A stretch of DNA of 64,000 bases from an uncultured Anaerolineaceae bacterium (GCA_964623375.1 CAZUTS010000001.1:7692-71691); one strand, 5' to 3'. Positions 54,493 to 63,275 are shown, numbered from the stretch's first letter. Notes: generated from the letters alone by a model not told the origin. Translations and numbers: made by a program.

Positions 54493-55797
54493 ATGCGAAC
54501 AGTTGATCTGATCATCAAAAAGCGTGATGGGCTGCAGCTTAGCACAGCCGAAATTGATTTCTTTGTCAAAGGCTTCACGGATGGCAGCGTGACCGATTAC
54601 CAGGCCGCCGCCTGGGCCATGGCGGTGCTGCTCAATGGCATGAGCGACCGTGAGACCACCGACCTGACGCTGGCCATGGCCAACTCTGGCGATGTGCTCG
54701 ATCTCACCGGCGTAGTAGACATCGCCCTGGACAAGCACTCCACCGGCGGGGTGGGCGACAAGACCACCCTGGTCGTGGAGCCGGTGGTTTCCGCCTGTGG
54801 TCTGCGCGTCGGCAAAATGTCTGGCCGCGGCCTGGGTTTCAGCGGCGGTACACTGGACAAGATGGAGGCCATCCCCGGCTTCCGCACCAACCTGACCCAG
54901 AAAGAATTCCTCAGCCAGCTCAAGACGCTCGGCCTGGTGCTCACCGGCCAGACCGGGGACCTGGCGCCTGCCGATGGCAAGATGTACGCCCTGCGTGACG
55001 TCACCGGCACGGTGGACTCGCTGTCATTGATCGCCTCTTCCATCATGAGTAAGAAAATTGCCGGCGGCGCCCAGCGCATGGTGCTGGATGTCAAAGTCGG
55101 GGTCGGCGCCTTTATGAAGACGCTGCCTCAGGCCAAAGACCTGGCGCGCATCATGGTGCGCATTGGCAAGCTGGCCAAGCGCAAAGTGGTGTGCCTGCTC
55201 TCGGATATGAACCAACCGCTGGGCTACGCCGTCGGCAACGCCCTTGAGGTCAAAGAAGCCATCGCCACCCTGCGTGGTGGCGGCCCTGCCGATTTCCGCG
55301 AACACTGTCTCGAAGTCGCCAGCCATCTCATCCTGCTGGGAGAGGGTGCCAGCAGCCTCGCTGCCGCACGCAAGCTGGCCGAAGCCAGCCTGCAGGATGG
55401 CAGCGCCCTCGAGCGCTTCCGCCAGCTGGTGATGGCCCAGGGCGGCGATGTCAGCTATGTGGACAATCCAGACAAGCTGGCCAAAGCGCCGTTTGTGGAA
55501 GTTGTGAAGGCGCCCAAGAGCGGCTATCTCAAATGGATTGACGCCAAGATTGTTGGCGAAACGTCTGTAGAGATGGGCGCCGGCCGCGCCAAGAAGGGCG
55601 ATGCCATCGACCCTGCCGTGGGCATTGTGGTGCTGCACAAAGTGGGTGACAAGCTCATCAAGGGTGAGGCGCTCTTTGAGCTGCACGCCAACTCTAAAAA
55701 ATCGCTTGAGTCCGCCCGCGCCCGCGTACTCAGCGCGCACCAATGGTCTGCCAAGAAGGTGAAACCGCTGCCGCACTCGTATGGTGTAGTGAAGTAG
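54493..55797 (+). CDS. pdp: pyrimidine-nucleoside (thymidine) phosphorylase
   Basis: IIKKRDG..LS..EI.FFV.GF..G...DYQ..A..MA...NGM, DKHSTGGVGDKTTL, KMSGRGLGFSGGTLDK. Confidence 0.93.
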   Translation: MRTVDLIIKKRDGLQLSTAEIDFFVKGFTDGSVTDYQAAAWAMAVLLNGMSDRETTDLTLAMANSGDVLDLTGVVDIALDKHSTGGVGDKTTLVVEPVVSACGLRVGKMSGRGLGFSGGTLDKMEAIPGFRTNLTQKEFLSQLKTLGLVLTGQTGDLAPADGKMYALRDVTGTVDSLSLIASSIMSKKIAGGAQRMVLDVKVGVGAFMKTLPQAKDLARIMVRIGKLAKRKVVCLLSDMNQPLGYAVGNALEVKEAIATLRGGGPADFREHCLEVASHLILLGEGASSLAAARKLAEASLQDGSALERFRQLVMAQGGDVSYVDNPDKLAKAPFVEVVKAPKSGYLKWIDAKIVGETSVEMGAGRAKKGDAIDPAVGIVVLHKVGDKLIKGEALFELHANSKKSLESARARVLSAHQWSAKKVKPLPHSYGVVK

Positions 55798-55830
55798 CTG
55801 AGAGCGATTAGCTTTTAGCTATTAGCTCTA

Positions 55831-55859
55831 AAAAAAGCCCGCAATTTGCGGGGCTTTTT
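55831..55859. terminator. bidirectional rho-independent terminator between pdp and degV
   Basis: A5, then GCCCGCA/TGCGGGGC stem (one bulge), then T5. Confidence 0.75.
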
Positions 55860-55876
55860 CTTTTATCTTAGGTTTG

Positions 55877-55936
55877 GCTAACAGCTAACAGCTAACAGCT
55901 AACAGCTAACAGCTAACAGCTAACAGCTAACAGCTA
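55877..55936. repeat. heptanucleotide tandem array (GCTAACA) x 8 plus a partial unit
   Basis: Eight perfect GCTAACA units at 55877-55932, then GCTA. The last unit abuts the degV stop codon. Confidence 0.95.
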
Positions 55937-56794
55937 CTACCCTTCGTACCCTGCCATAAAGGCCACGCCCAGTGTGCCAGGGCCGGTGTGCGTGCCCACC
56001 GATGGGCTCACTGCGGAAAGCGCCGTCATGCTGGGGTTGAAGCGCGTCTTGGCCTCATCCAGCAATGCTTTGGCGTCAGCCTCAGCATTGGCGTGCACCA
56101 CAGCCAGGTGCAGCGGCGTGCGGCCGCCGATGCGCTCTTCCACCAGATCCAGAACACGCGCCAGTGCCTTGCCCTTGGTGCGCACGCGCTCGCGCGGCTC
56201 CAGGCGGCCTTCCTGCACTTCCAGGATCGGCTTCAGGTTCAGCGCCGTACCCAGGAAGCGTGCCCCACCGCCGATGCGGCCGCCGCGGTGCAGGAACTCC
56301 AGCGTATCCACCAGCAGCATCAGGCCGGTATGGTCGCCCGCCTTCTTGGCAATAGCGGCACAGTCCTGCAACGATTTGCCAGCCTTGGCAGCCTTGGCGG
56401 CTTCGAGCAAGGCCCAGCCGGTGCCCATGGAGGCCGAGTGGCCGTCCATGACCTCAATATTGAGGCCGCTCACCAGATCCTTGGCCTGGTTGGCCGAGGC
56501 AATCGTGCCAGACAGTTTGGCAGAGACGAACAAGCCCAGAATGTCGGTGTAGCCGTCCTTTTGCAGCTTCTCGTACATGTCCTTGAAGGCAGCCGGCGAG
56601 GGCTGCGAGGTGGTGGGCATCGTCTCAGCCTTGGCCAGGCGTTCGTAAAATTCGCCAGGCTGGATGTCCACGCCATCGCGCAGTTCTTTGCCATCCCAGA
56701 TCACTACCGTGGGCACAATGTTAATGTTCAGGCCCTCGCTAAGATCCTTGGGAAGGTAGGTGGTACTGTCGGTAATAATCGCTACTTTGGCCAT
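55937..56794 (-). CDS. DegV-family fatty-acid-binding protein
   Basis: MAKVAIITDSTTYLP..., TSQPSP, SGTIASA, LVDTLEFLHRGGRIG, VVHANA. GAGGAGAG SD before the ATG at 56794. Confidence 0.88.
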   Translation of the reverse strand: MAKVAIITDSTTYLPKDLSEGLNINIVPTVVIWDGKELRDGVDIQPGEFYERLAKAETMPTTSQPSPAAFKDMYEKLQKDGYTDILGLFVSAKLSGTIASANQAKDLVSGLNIEVMDGHSASMGTGWALLEAAKAAKAGKSLQDCAAIAKKAGDHTGLMLLVDTLEFLHRGGRIGGGARFLGTALNLKPILEVQEGRLEPRERVRTKGKALARVLDLVEERIGGRTPLHLAVVHANAEADAKALLDEAKTRFNPSMTALSAVSPSVGTHTGPGTLGVAFMAGYEG

Positions 56795-56917
56795 ACGCTT
56801 CTCTCCTCGAGGATGATATTCAAGTGCCAGGGGGTGGCACCTATCGGGTCGAAAAGCTAGTGTAGTGGAAACCGCCCAAGCGTACAAGACCCAGCCTGTG
56901 GCTGGCAAAGCCCGCTC

Positions 56918-56946
56918 TTGACCACCTTCCTCTTAGCGGCTACAAT
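56918..56946 (+). promoter_or_regulatory. sigma-70-type promoter of the rpsP operon
   Basis: TTGACC (56918-56923), 17-nt spacer, TACAAT (56941-56946). The leader of about 80 nt carries two small hairpins and a GAGGAG SD. Confidence 0.65.
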
Positions 56947-57033
56947 CATCCGCCGTTTGTAGTGATAAAACTACACGTGGGCTTGGCTGAGGCTGAGCCC
57001 GGCTTAAAGTTCATTTGAGGAGCTTGTTTTTAG

Positions 57034-57546
57034 ATGGTACGTATTAGATTGCGCCGCGTAGGCGGCCATAACCAAGCCAGCTTTCGTATCGTGGCTACCG
57101 AGAAGGAAAGCCCCGTAAAGGGCCGCTTCATCGAGGTGCTGGGTTCGTACAACCCGCGCACGCAGCCGGCCATGATCGTGCTGCAAGAAGACCGCATTTA
57201 TCACTGGATCGGCAATGGCGCCCAGCCCAGCGAGTCTGCTGAGCAGGTGTTCAAGCAGGCTGGCCTGCTCGATCGCTACGCCCGCTTCAAAGCTGGCGAA
57301 TCGCTCGAGACCCTGTTGGCTGAAGCTGACGCTGCCGCCAAGATTCGCAATGCTGACCAGCGCACCCGCCGCCCGGCCCCGGTAACCTCCAGCCGCAAGA
57401 AGGCTGAGCCCGCAGCTGCAGCTCCCGCGGCAGCCGCTGCCCCCGCAGCTGAAGCCGTTGCCGAAGCGCCTGCAGCCGAAGCTGTTGCTGAAGCCCCCGC
57501 GGCCGACGCTCCTGCCGCTGAAGCAGACGCTCCCGCTGCTGAGTAG
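57034..57546 (+). CDS. rpsP: 30S ribosomal protein S16 with an Ala/Glu/Pro-rich C-terminal extension of about 85 aa
   Basis: MVRIRLRRVGGHNQASFRIVA...YNP... core. The tail is AAPAAAAAPAAEAVAEAPAAEAVAEAPAADAPAAEADAPAAE. Confidence 0.93.
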   Translation: MVRIRLRRVGGHNQASFRIVATEKESPVKGRFIEVLGSYNPRTQPAMIVLQEDRIYHWIGNGAQPSESAEQVFKQAGLLDRYARFKAGESLETLLAEADAAAKIRNADQRTRRPAPVTSSRKKAEPAAAAPAAAAAPAAEAVAEAPAAEAVAEAPAADAPAAEADAPAAE

Positions 57547-57558
57547 TAGTCAGTTGCA

Positions 57559-57795
57559 ATGAAAGAGCTCATCGAATACATTGCCCACTCCCTGGTGGAT
57601 GACCCCACTCAGGTAGAGGTGCGTACCCGCCGCCGCGGCGAGGGTACTGAGCTCTCTTTGCAGGTTGCCAAAGAAGACATGGGGCGTGTCATCGGCCGCA
57701 ATGGCCGCGTGGCCAACGCCATTCGTCTTTTGTTGCAGGTGGCCGCCACGCAAGATGGCAAACATGCCACGTTGAACATTTCGGAACCTGATTGA
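57559..57795 (+). CDS. KH-domain RNA-binding protein (YlqC family)
   Basis: 78 aa, with GRVIGRNGRVANAIRLLL (GxxG KH motif). Sits in the conserved position after rpsP. Confidence 0.88.
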   Translation: MKELIEYIAHSLVDDPTQVEVRTRRRGEGTELSLQVAKEDMGRVIGRNGRVANAIRLLLQVAATQDGKHATLNISEPD

Positions 57796-58385
57796 CCTCT
57801 CGTAGATACAGAGCCAACACCCGCCGCAAGGCAAATGAAGGCAAGCCCTCTGAGTCAGGCTCGGCAGTTTTTCGCGAGCCTGACTTTGTGTTGGTGGGCG
57901 TGTTGCGCCGCCCGCACGGCTTGCGCGGCGAGGTGCAGGTATCCATTGAAACTGATTTTCCTGAGCGCCTGAAAAAAGGCGTCAAGCTCTTCCTGGGTGA
58001 AGAACACACCCCCGTTACCATTCGCACATCGCGCCCCATCGATAACGGCTTGCTGCTCTCCTTCGAGCAGTTCCCAGACCGCGCCTCGCTCGAACACATT
58101 CGCAATGCGCCGCTGTTTTCAAGCGTGCAAGACAGCCCGCCGCTGCCCCCCGGCCAGTTCTATCGCTATCAGCTCATGGGCCTTACCGTTGTCACGGATA
58201 CGAATGAGGAACTCGGCTTGCTGACCCAGGTGCTGGAGACCGGCGCCAATGATGTCTACGTGGTGCAATCGCCTACTCACGGCGAGGTGCTGCTGCCTGC
58301 CATTGAAGCTGTGGTGCTGGAGACCGATATTGCGGCCAAGCGCATGCGCGTCCATCTGCCGCCCGGCCTGCTGCCCGAGAAGTAA
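57792..58385 (+). CDS. rimM: 16S rRNA processing protein RimM
   Basis: VLVGVLRRPHGLRGEVQV (RimM N-domain) and a PRC-barrel C-terminus. The TTG start overlaps the KH-protein stop (TTGA); the start is uncertain. Confidence 0.85.
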   Translation: MTSRRYRANTRRKANEGKPSESGSAVFREPDFVLVGVLRRPHGLRGEVQVSIETDFPERLKKGVKLFLGEEHTPVTIRTSRPIDNGLLLSFEQFPDRASLEHIRNAPLFSSVQDSPPLPPGQFYRYQLMGLTVVTDTNEELGLLTQVLETGANDVYVVQSPTHGEVLLPAIEAVVLETDIAAKRMRVHLPPGLLPEK

Positions 58386-58414
58386 CAATGAAGAACCGTG
58401 GGGGATGTTCTAAC

Positions 58415-58442
58415 TCATCCTTCATCCCTCATTCTTCATCCT
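58415..58442 (+). repeat. heptanucleotide tandem array (TCATYCY) x 4
   Basis: TCATCCT TCATCCC TCATTCT TCATCCT in the rimM-dprA spacer. Confidence 0.85.
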
Positions 58443-58484
58443 TGGTATGCCTGTGGTATTCTGGTTGCCGTTTTGAGTGCCAGC

Positions 58485-59606
58485 ATGCCTACTCCACCTA
58501 TGGATAGCGAAAAGCTCAGCCGCATTGCCCTCACCAGCGTCAAAAACGTAGGCGCCGTGCGCTTCCGTTTGCTGCTCCAGGCTTTCGGCAGCGCCGCCGC
58601 CGCATGGGCTGCCACACCGGCCCAGTGGCAGGCGGCTGGCTTGCCGCCCGCTGCCGTCAACGGCTTGGTGCAGGCGCGCCAGAGCTTGCAGCTGGATAAG
58701 ATTCCCGCTCGTCTGGCCCAGCACGGCGTGCGCGCGTTGGTGTGGGAAGATGACGAATATCCCCGCCGCCTGCGTGAACTGGAGCAAGCTCCGCCAGTGC
58801 TCTACCTGCGTGGCGATCTGCTGCCCGAAGATGAATGGGCCGTGGCCATCGTCGGCAGCCGTGAGGTGACCGCCTATGGCCGCCAGGTGGCACAAGAGCT
58901 GGCTACCTTTCTGGCGCAGCGCGGTATCACCGTTGTGAGCGGGCTGGCGCGCGGCGTAGACGCCCTGGCGCACACCGCCGCGCTACGCGCTGGCGGCCGC
59001 ACGTTGGCCGTTGTGGCGCACGGGTTGGATAGCATCTATCCGGTTGCCAACCGCGGCCTGGCTGAAGAAATGATCAAGCGCGGCGCCGTGCTCAGCGATT
59101 ATGCGCTCGGCACCCCGCCAGATGCGGCCAACTTCCCGCCGCGCAACCGCATCATCTCCGGCCTCTCGCAGGCCGTGGTGGTGATCGAAGCCGGCGAGCG
59201 CAGCGGTGCGCTGATCACCGCAGGCTTTGCTGCCGAGCAAGGCCGCGAGGTCTTTGCTGTGCCCGGCCCGATCTATGCGCCGCAAAGCAAGGGATGCAAT
59301 ATGCTCATTGAACGTGGGGCGCACCCACTAACGCAGTTTGAGAATTTACTGAAGGTGTTGAACCTGGAAACAATGCAAGCCAACAAAGATGCCCGCCAAG
59401 CGCTGCCCGCAGACGCCACAGAGGCCGCGCTCTACCGCCTGCTGGGCGCCGAGCCGCTGCACCTCAATGAGATCGGTGCACGTGCCGCACTACCCATTGC
59501 CCAAGTCTCCTCCACACTAACCTTGATGGAACTTAAAGGTTTGGTGCGTCATGTCGGCGGCATGGCCTATGTGGCCGCCCGCGAACTGGGGGCCACTTAT
59601 GGCTAA
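58485..59606 (+). CDS. dprA: DNA-processing protein DprA (Smf)
   Basis: VSGLARGVDALAHTAAL, AVVAHGLDSIYP, RNRIISGLS, SGALITA. I chose the start at 58485 (MPTPPMD); the track ORF start at 58398 would read through the heptamer array. Confidence 0.88.
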   Translation: MPTPPMDSEKLSRIALTSVKNVGAVRFRLLLQAFGSAAAAWAATPAQWQAAGLPPAAVNGLVQARQSLQLDKIPARLAQHGVRALVWEDDEYPRRLRELEQAPPVLYLRGDLLPEDEWAVAIVGSREVTAYGRQVAQELATFLAQRGITVVSGLARGVDALAHTAALRAGGRTLAVVAHGLDSIYPVANRGLAEEMIKRGAVLSDYALGTPPDAANFPPRNRIISGLSQAVVVIEAGERSGALITAGFAAEQGREVFAVPGPIYAPQSKGCNMLIERGAHPLTQFENLLKVLNLETMQANKDARQALPADATEAALYRLLGAEPLHLNEIGARAALPIAQVSSTLTLMELKGLVRHVGGMAYVAARELGATYG

Positions 59607-60732
59607 GCCTACCGAAGGTATGCAACACGCCGAAGGCATGTTACATGCCTTCGCCGTAATAATGGCTGGCGGCGGCGGTACGCGTTTGTGGCCACTCTCG
59701 CGCCAGTCCAAGCCCAAGCAGATGCTCACCCTCATCGAGGAGCGCAGCCTGTTCCAAATTGCTGTGCAGCGGCTACAAGCCCTGCTCCCACCAGAGCGCA
59801 TTTTGGTGGTCACCAGCCAGCAGCAGGCCGACCAGCTCAAGGCTCACGCCCCAGAGCTGCCCGCTGAGAATTACATTCTTGAGCCGCAGCCGCGCGGCAC
59901 CGCCGCAGCGATTGGGCTGGCCGCCGCCGCCCTCGGCCAGCGTGACCCGCAGGCCGTGATGATCGTGCTCACGGCTGACCATTACATCGGCAACGAAGCC
60001 GGCTTCCACCGCTATCTTGAAGCCGCTGTGGCCCTGGCGCAGACCGGGCCGCTGGTTACCCTGGGCATTGATCCCACCTTCCCCGCCACGCAATATGGCT
60101 ACATTCAAATGGGCGAGAGCCTGGGCGAGTATGGTGGCTTTGTCACCCACAAGGTGAAGCGTTTCAAAGAGAAACCCAGCCTGCAGGAAGCCGAAGCCAT
60201 GCTCGCCTCCGGTGACCATGCCTGGAATTCCGGTATGTTCATCTGGACCATTGAGCGCATCCTGCAGGAATTTGCGCAACAAATGCCAGACCTGCACGCC
60301 ACGCTGCAAGCCGTGGCCGCCGCCATGGGCACAGCAGACTATGAGGGCGTGATCGCCCATGAGTGGCCGCGCATCGCCGCCCAGACGATTGACTACGGCG
60401 TCATGGAACACGCCGCCAATGTGGCCGTCATTCCCGCCAAGGAATTGGCCTGGAACGATGTCGGCTCGTGGACATCACTGTTCGAAGTGTTGCCCGCCGA
60501 TGCCAATGGCAATCTGGCGCTGCATCCCTATCACCATGACCTGGATAGCCACAATTCACTGGTCCACGGCGCCAGCAACACGGCAGAGCGTCTCATCGTT
60601 ACCGTTGGCGTCAAGGATTTGGTGGTCGTAGACACCGGAGATGTGCTATTAATTTGCTCCCGTGAGCGCGCCCAGGATGTGCGCCAGGTGATCGAAGCCC
60701 TGAAAGAAAAAGGGTTACAGCAGTATCTGTAA
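59599..60732 (+). CDS. mannose-1-phosphate guanylyltransferase-like nucleotidyltransferase
   Basis: AVIMAGGGGTRLWPLSR (NTP_transferase G-rich loop), LTADH, and overall ManC/CpsB layout without the isomerase domain. The ATG overlaps the dprA stop by 8 nt. Confidence 0.8.
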   Translation: MAKPTEGMQHAEGMLHAFAVIMAGGGGTRLWPLSRQSKPKQMLTLIEERSLFQIAVQRLQALLPPERILVVTSQQQADQLKAHAPELPAENYILEPQPRGTAAAIGLAAAALGQRDPQAVMIVLTADHYIGNEAGFHRYLEAAVALAQTGPLVTLGIDPTFPATQYGYIQMGESLGEYGGFVTHKVKRFKEKPSLQEAEAMLASGDHAWNSGMFIWTIERILQEFAQQMPDLHATLQAVAAAMGTADYEGVIAHEWPRIAAQTIDYGVMEHAANVAVIPAKELAWNDVGSWTSLFEVLPADANGNLALHPYHHDLDSHNSLVHGASNTAERLIVTVGVKDLVVVDTGDVLLICSRERAQDVRQVIEALKEKGLQQYL

Positions 60733-60766
60733 CCATGATGATGATTAAAACTTTAGAGGTGTTTGT

Positions 60767-63100
60767 TTGGAAGCGTATTGCGTAAAGTGCAAAACCAAGC
60801 GTGAAATGGTTGACCCCAAGCCGGAATACACGGCGAGTGGGGCACCCGGCACGCGTGGCACCTGCGGTGTGTGCGGCACCACCTTGTTCCGCATGGGGCG
60901 CACCCCGGCGCATGAGGGCATTGCTGCCCCGGTCAAGCCCACCAAGCAAGAGCGCCAGGATGCCAAGCGCAAAGGCCGCCTGGTCATCGTGGAGTCGCCT
61001 GCCAAGGCGCGCACCGTAGGCCGCTACCTGGGCAACGGCTATCGTGTCGAAGCCTCAGTGGGCCACGTGCGTGACCTGCTGCGTTCGCAGCTCTCGGTCG
61101 ACGTAGACAATAGCTTCGCGCCCAAATACCGCATTCCCAACGAGAAGCGCAAGGTGGTCAAGAGCCTCAAGGCCGAAGCCGCCAAGGCCGAGGAGATTTT
61201 CCTCGCCACCGATCCTGATCGCGAAGGGGAGGCGATTGCCTGGCATTTGCTGGAAGCCGCCGAGATCGATCCGGCGCGCGCCAAGCGCGTCGTCTTCCAT
61301 GAGATCACCAAGCCTGCCATCGAAGAAGCCTTTGGCCAGCCGCGTGAGCTCAATATGGATCTGGTCGATGCCCAACAGACCCGCCGCGTGCTCGACCGCC
61401 TGGTGGGCTACAACCTCAGCCCCATCTTGTGGACCAAGGTACGCAACCGCCTCTCGGCGGGCCGTGTACAGTCCGTAGCGTTGCGCCTGATTGTGGAGCG
61501 CGAGCGTGAGATCGATGCCTTCGTTCCCGTCGAATACTGGTCCATCGAGGCGCAGTTGCAGCCCGAAGGCAGTAAGAGTGTTTTTGTAGCCAAGCTGGCC
61601 GAGGTTAATGGCGCAGAGCCTGACCTGGGCTCCAAAGACAAAGTAGACCCGCTGCTGGCGGATATGCAAACCGCCGCCTACAGCATCCGTGAGATCAAAC
61701 GCGGCCAGCGCCGCCGCAAGGCGCCTGCGCCGTTCACCACCAGCACGCTGCAGCAAGAAGCCTCGCGCAAGCTCGGCTACACCGCTAAGCGCACCATGGC
61801 AATTGCCCAGCAGTTATATGAAGGCATTGACCTGGGTGAGGGTGAGACCACCGGTCTCATCACCTATATGCGTACTGACTCCACCTATGTCTCGCCGCTG
61901 GCGCAGCAAGAGGCGCGCGAGTACGTCACCAGTGTTCACGGCGCCAGCTACCTGCCGGAGCAGGCGCCTGAGTACAAGACCCGCGCCAAGGGCGCGCAGG
62001 AGGCGCACGAAGCCGTGCGTCCCACCTCGGCCATGCGCACCCCGGCGCAGATCAAAGACAACCTCAGCCGAGACCAGTACCGCTTGTACCAGCTCATCTG
62101 GCAGCGCTTCCTGGCCTCGCAAATGGTGCCTGCCGTCTACGACACCATCTCGGTGCGTGTGGTCGGCCAGGGTAGCAATGAATATCTGCTGCGTGCCTCC
62201 GGCTCCATTCTGCAATTCCCCGGCTACCTGGCTGTGTACGAGGAAGCCAAAGACGAAACCGTCAAAGCCGAGGGTGAGGATGATTCACCCATTCCGCCAG
62301 ACCTGGCCGAGGGCCAAACGCAAAAGCTCTTGGAGCTGTTGCCAGCCCAGCACTTCACCCAGCCGCCACCGCGCTTCAGCGATGCGTCGCTGGTGAAGGC
62401 GCTGGAAGAATATGGCATCGGCCGCCCGTCCACCTACGCGCCTACGCTCAACACGCTGCAGCAGCGCGGCTATGTGGTGCGTGAAGACAAGCGCTTCATC
62501 CCCACCGAGACGGGCCTCTTGGTCAACGACCTGATCACCGAGCATTTCCCAGATATTGTGGACTTCAACTTTACGGCGGAGATGGAAGCCAATCTCGACA
62601 AAATCGCTTCCGGGGATGCCAACTGGGTCAAAGTGCTCAGTGACTTCTACGGCCCCTTCTCTGAGGAAGTGGAGAAGGCCAAGCTGGAGATGCCCGAATC
62701 CAAAGCTGGCCCCGAATACATCGGCCGTGAGTGCCCCACCTGCAACCAGGGCCAGCTCATCATCCGCTGGGGGCGCTACGGCAAGTTCATCGGCTGTGAG
62801 CGCTTCCCAGACTGCCGCCACACCGAACCCTGGCTCGAGAAGATCGGCGTCACTTGCCCCAAAGACGGCGGCGACATTGTTGAGCGCCGTACGCGCAAGG
62901 GCCGTATCTTCTATGGTTGCGCCAACTACCCTGAGTGTGAATTCACCTCATGGAAGCGCCCGCTGCCCACGCCGTGCCCCAGTTGTGGCGGCACGCTGGT
63001 CATCGCCAACAAGAACTTCGCCCAGTGTATGGACTGCGAAACGCAGTTCCCGCTGGACGATGTGCAAAAGGAAGACGAGCCCGCCGGCGAAGCCGCCTAA
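60767..63100 (+). CDS. topA: DNA topoisomerase I with an extra N-terminal 4-Cys zinc ribbon
   Basis: LVIVESPAKARTVGRYLG (Toprim), DPDREGEAI, active-site ITYMRTDST, and three C-terminal Zn ribbons. The N-terminal 45 aa read MEAYCVKCKTKREM...GTCGVCGTTLFRMG. TTG start with an AGAGGTG SD. Confidence 0.95.
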   Translation: MEAYCVKCKTKREMVDPKPEYTASGAPGTRGTCGVCGTTLFRMGRTPAHEGIAAPVKPTKQERQDAKRKGRLVIVESPAKARTVGRYLGNGYRVEASVGHVRDLLRSQLSVDVDNSFAPKYRIPNEKRKVVKSLKAEAAKAEEIFLATDPDREGEAIAWHLLEAAEIDPARAKRVVFHEITKPAIEEAFGQPRELNMDLVDAQQTRRVLDRLVGYNLSPILWTKVRNRLSAGRVQSVALRLIVEREREIDAFVPVEYWSIEAQLQPEGSKSVFVAKLAEVNGAEPDLGSKDKVDPLLADMQTAAYSIREIKRGQRRRKAPAPFTTSTLQQEASRKLGYTAKRTMAIAQQLYEGIDLGEGETTGLITYMRTDSTYVSPLAQQEAREYVTSVHGASYLPEQAPEYKTRAKGAQEAHEAVRPTSAMRTPAQIKDNLSRDQYRLYQLIWQRFLASQMVPAVYDTISVRVVGQGSNEYLLRASGSILQFPGYLAVYEEAKDETVKAEGEDDSPIPPDLAEGQTQKLLELLPAQHFTQPPPRFSDASLVKALEEYGIGRPSTYAPTLNTLQQRGYVVREDKRFIPTETGLLVNDLITEHFPDIVDFNFTAEMEANLDKIASGDANWVKVLSDFYGPFSEEVEKAKLEMPESKAGPEYIGRECPTCNQGQLIIRWGRYGKFIGCERFPDCRHTEPWLEKIGVTCPKDGGDIVERRTRKGRIFYGCANYPECEFTSWKRPLPTPCPSCGGTLVIANKNFAQCMDCETQFPLDDVQKEDEPAGEAA

Positions 63101-63102
63101 CT

Positions 63103-63210
63103 GTCATTCCGAACGAGGCCGAAGGCCGAGGAGGAATCCTTAGGGCACAAGAAACCTATCTTTGGCCTAAAGGATTCCTCACCACTCGCTGCGCTCGGGT
63201 TCGGAATGAC
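63103..63210. repeat. inverted pair of hairpin (REP-like) elements, ATTCC/GGAAT variant
   Basis: GTCATTCCGAACGAGGCCGAAGGCCGAGGAGGAATCC (63103-63139), a 32-nt spacer, then GGATTCCTCACCACTCGCTGCGCTCGGGTTCGGAATGAC (63172-63210). Confidence 0.8.
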
Positions 63211-63275
63211 ACCGCACTTTCAGAGCGCCGAGTCAAGTTGCGTATTCCCCGCTGCTCCTCTAAAATCCAATCCAC

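Noticed and set aside
55988-56860. 290-aa plus-strand ORF
   Set aside because: It is antisense to the DegV gene, which has clear family motifs and a strong SD.
57276-57608. 110-aa Ala-rich minus-strand ORF
   Set aside because: It is antisense to the Ala/Glu/Pro tail of S16, a low-complexity artefact.
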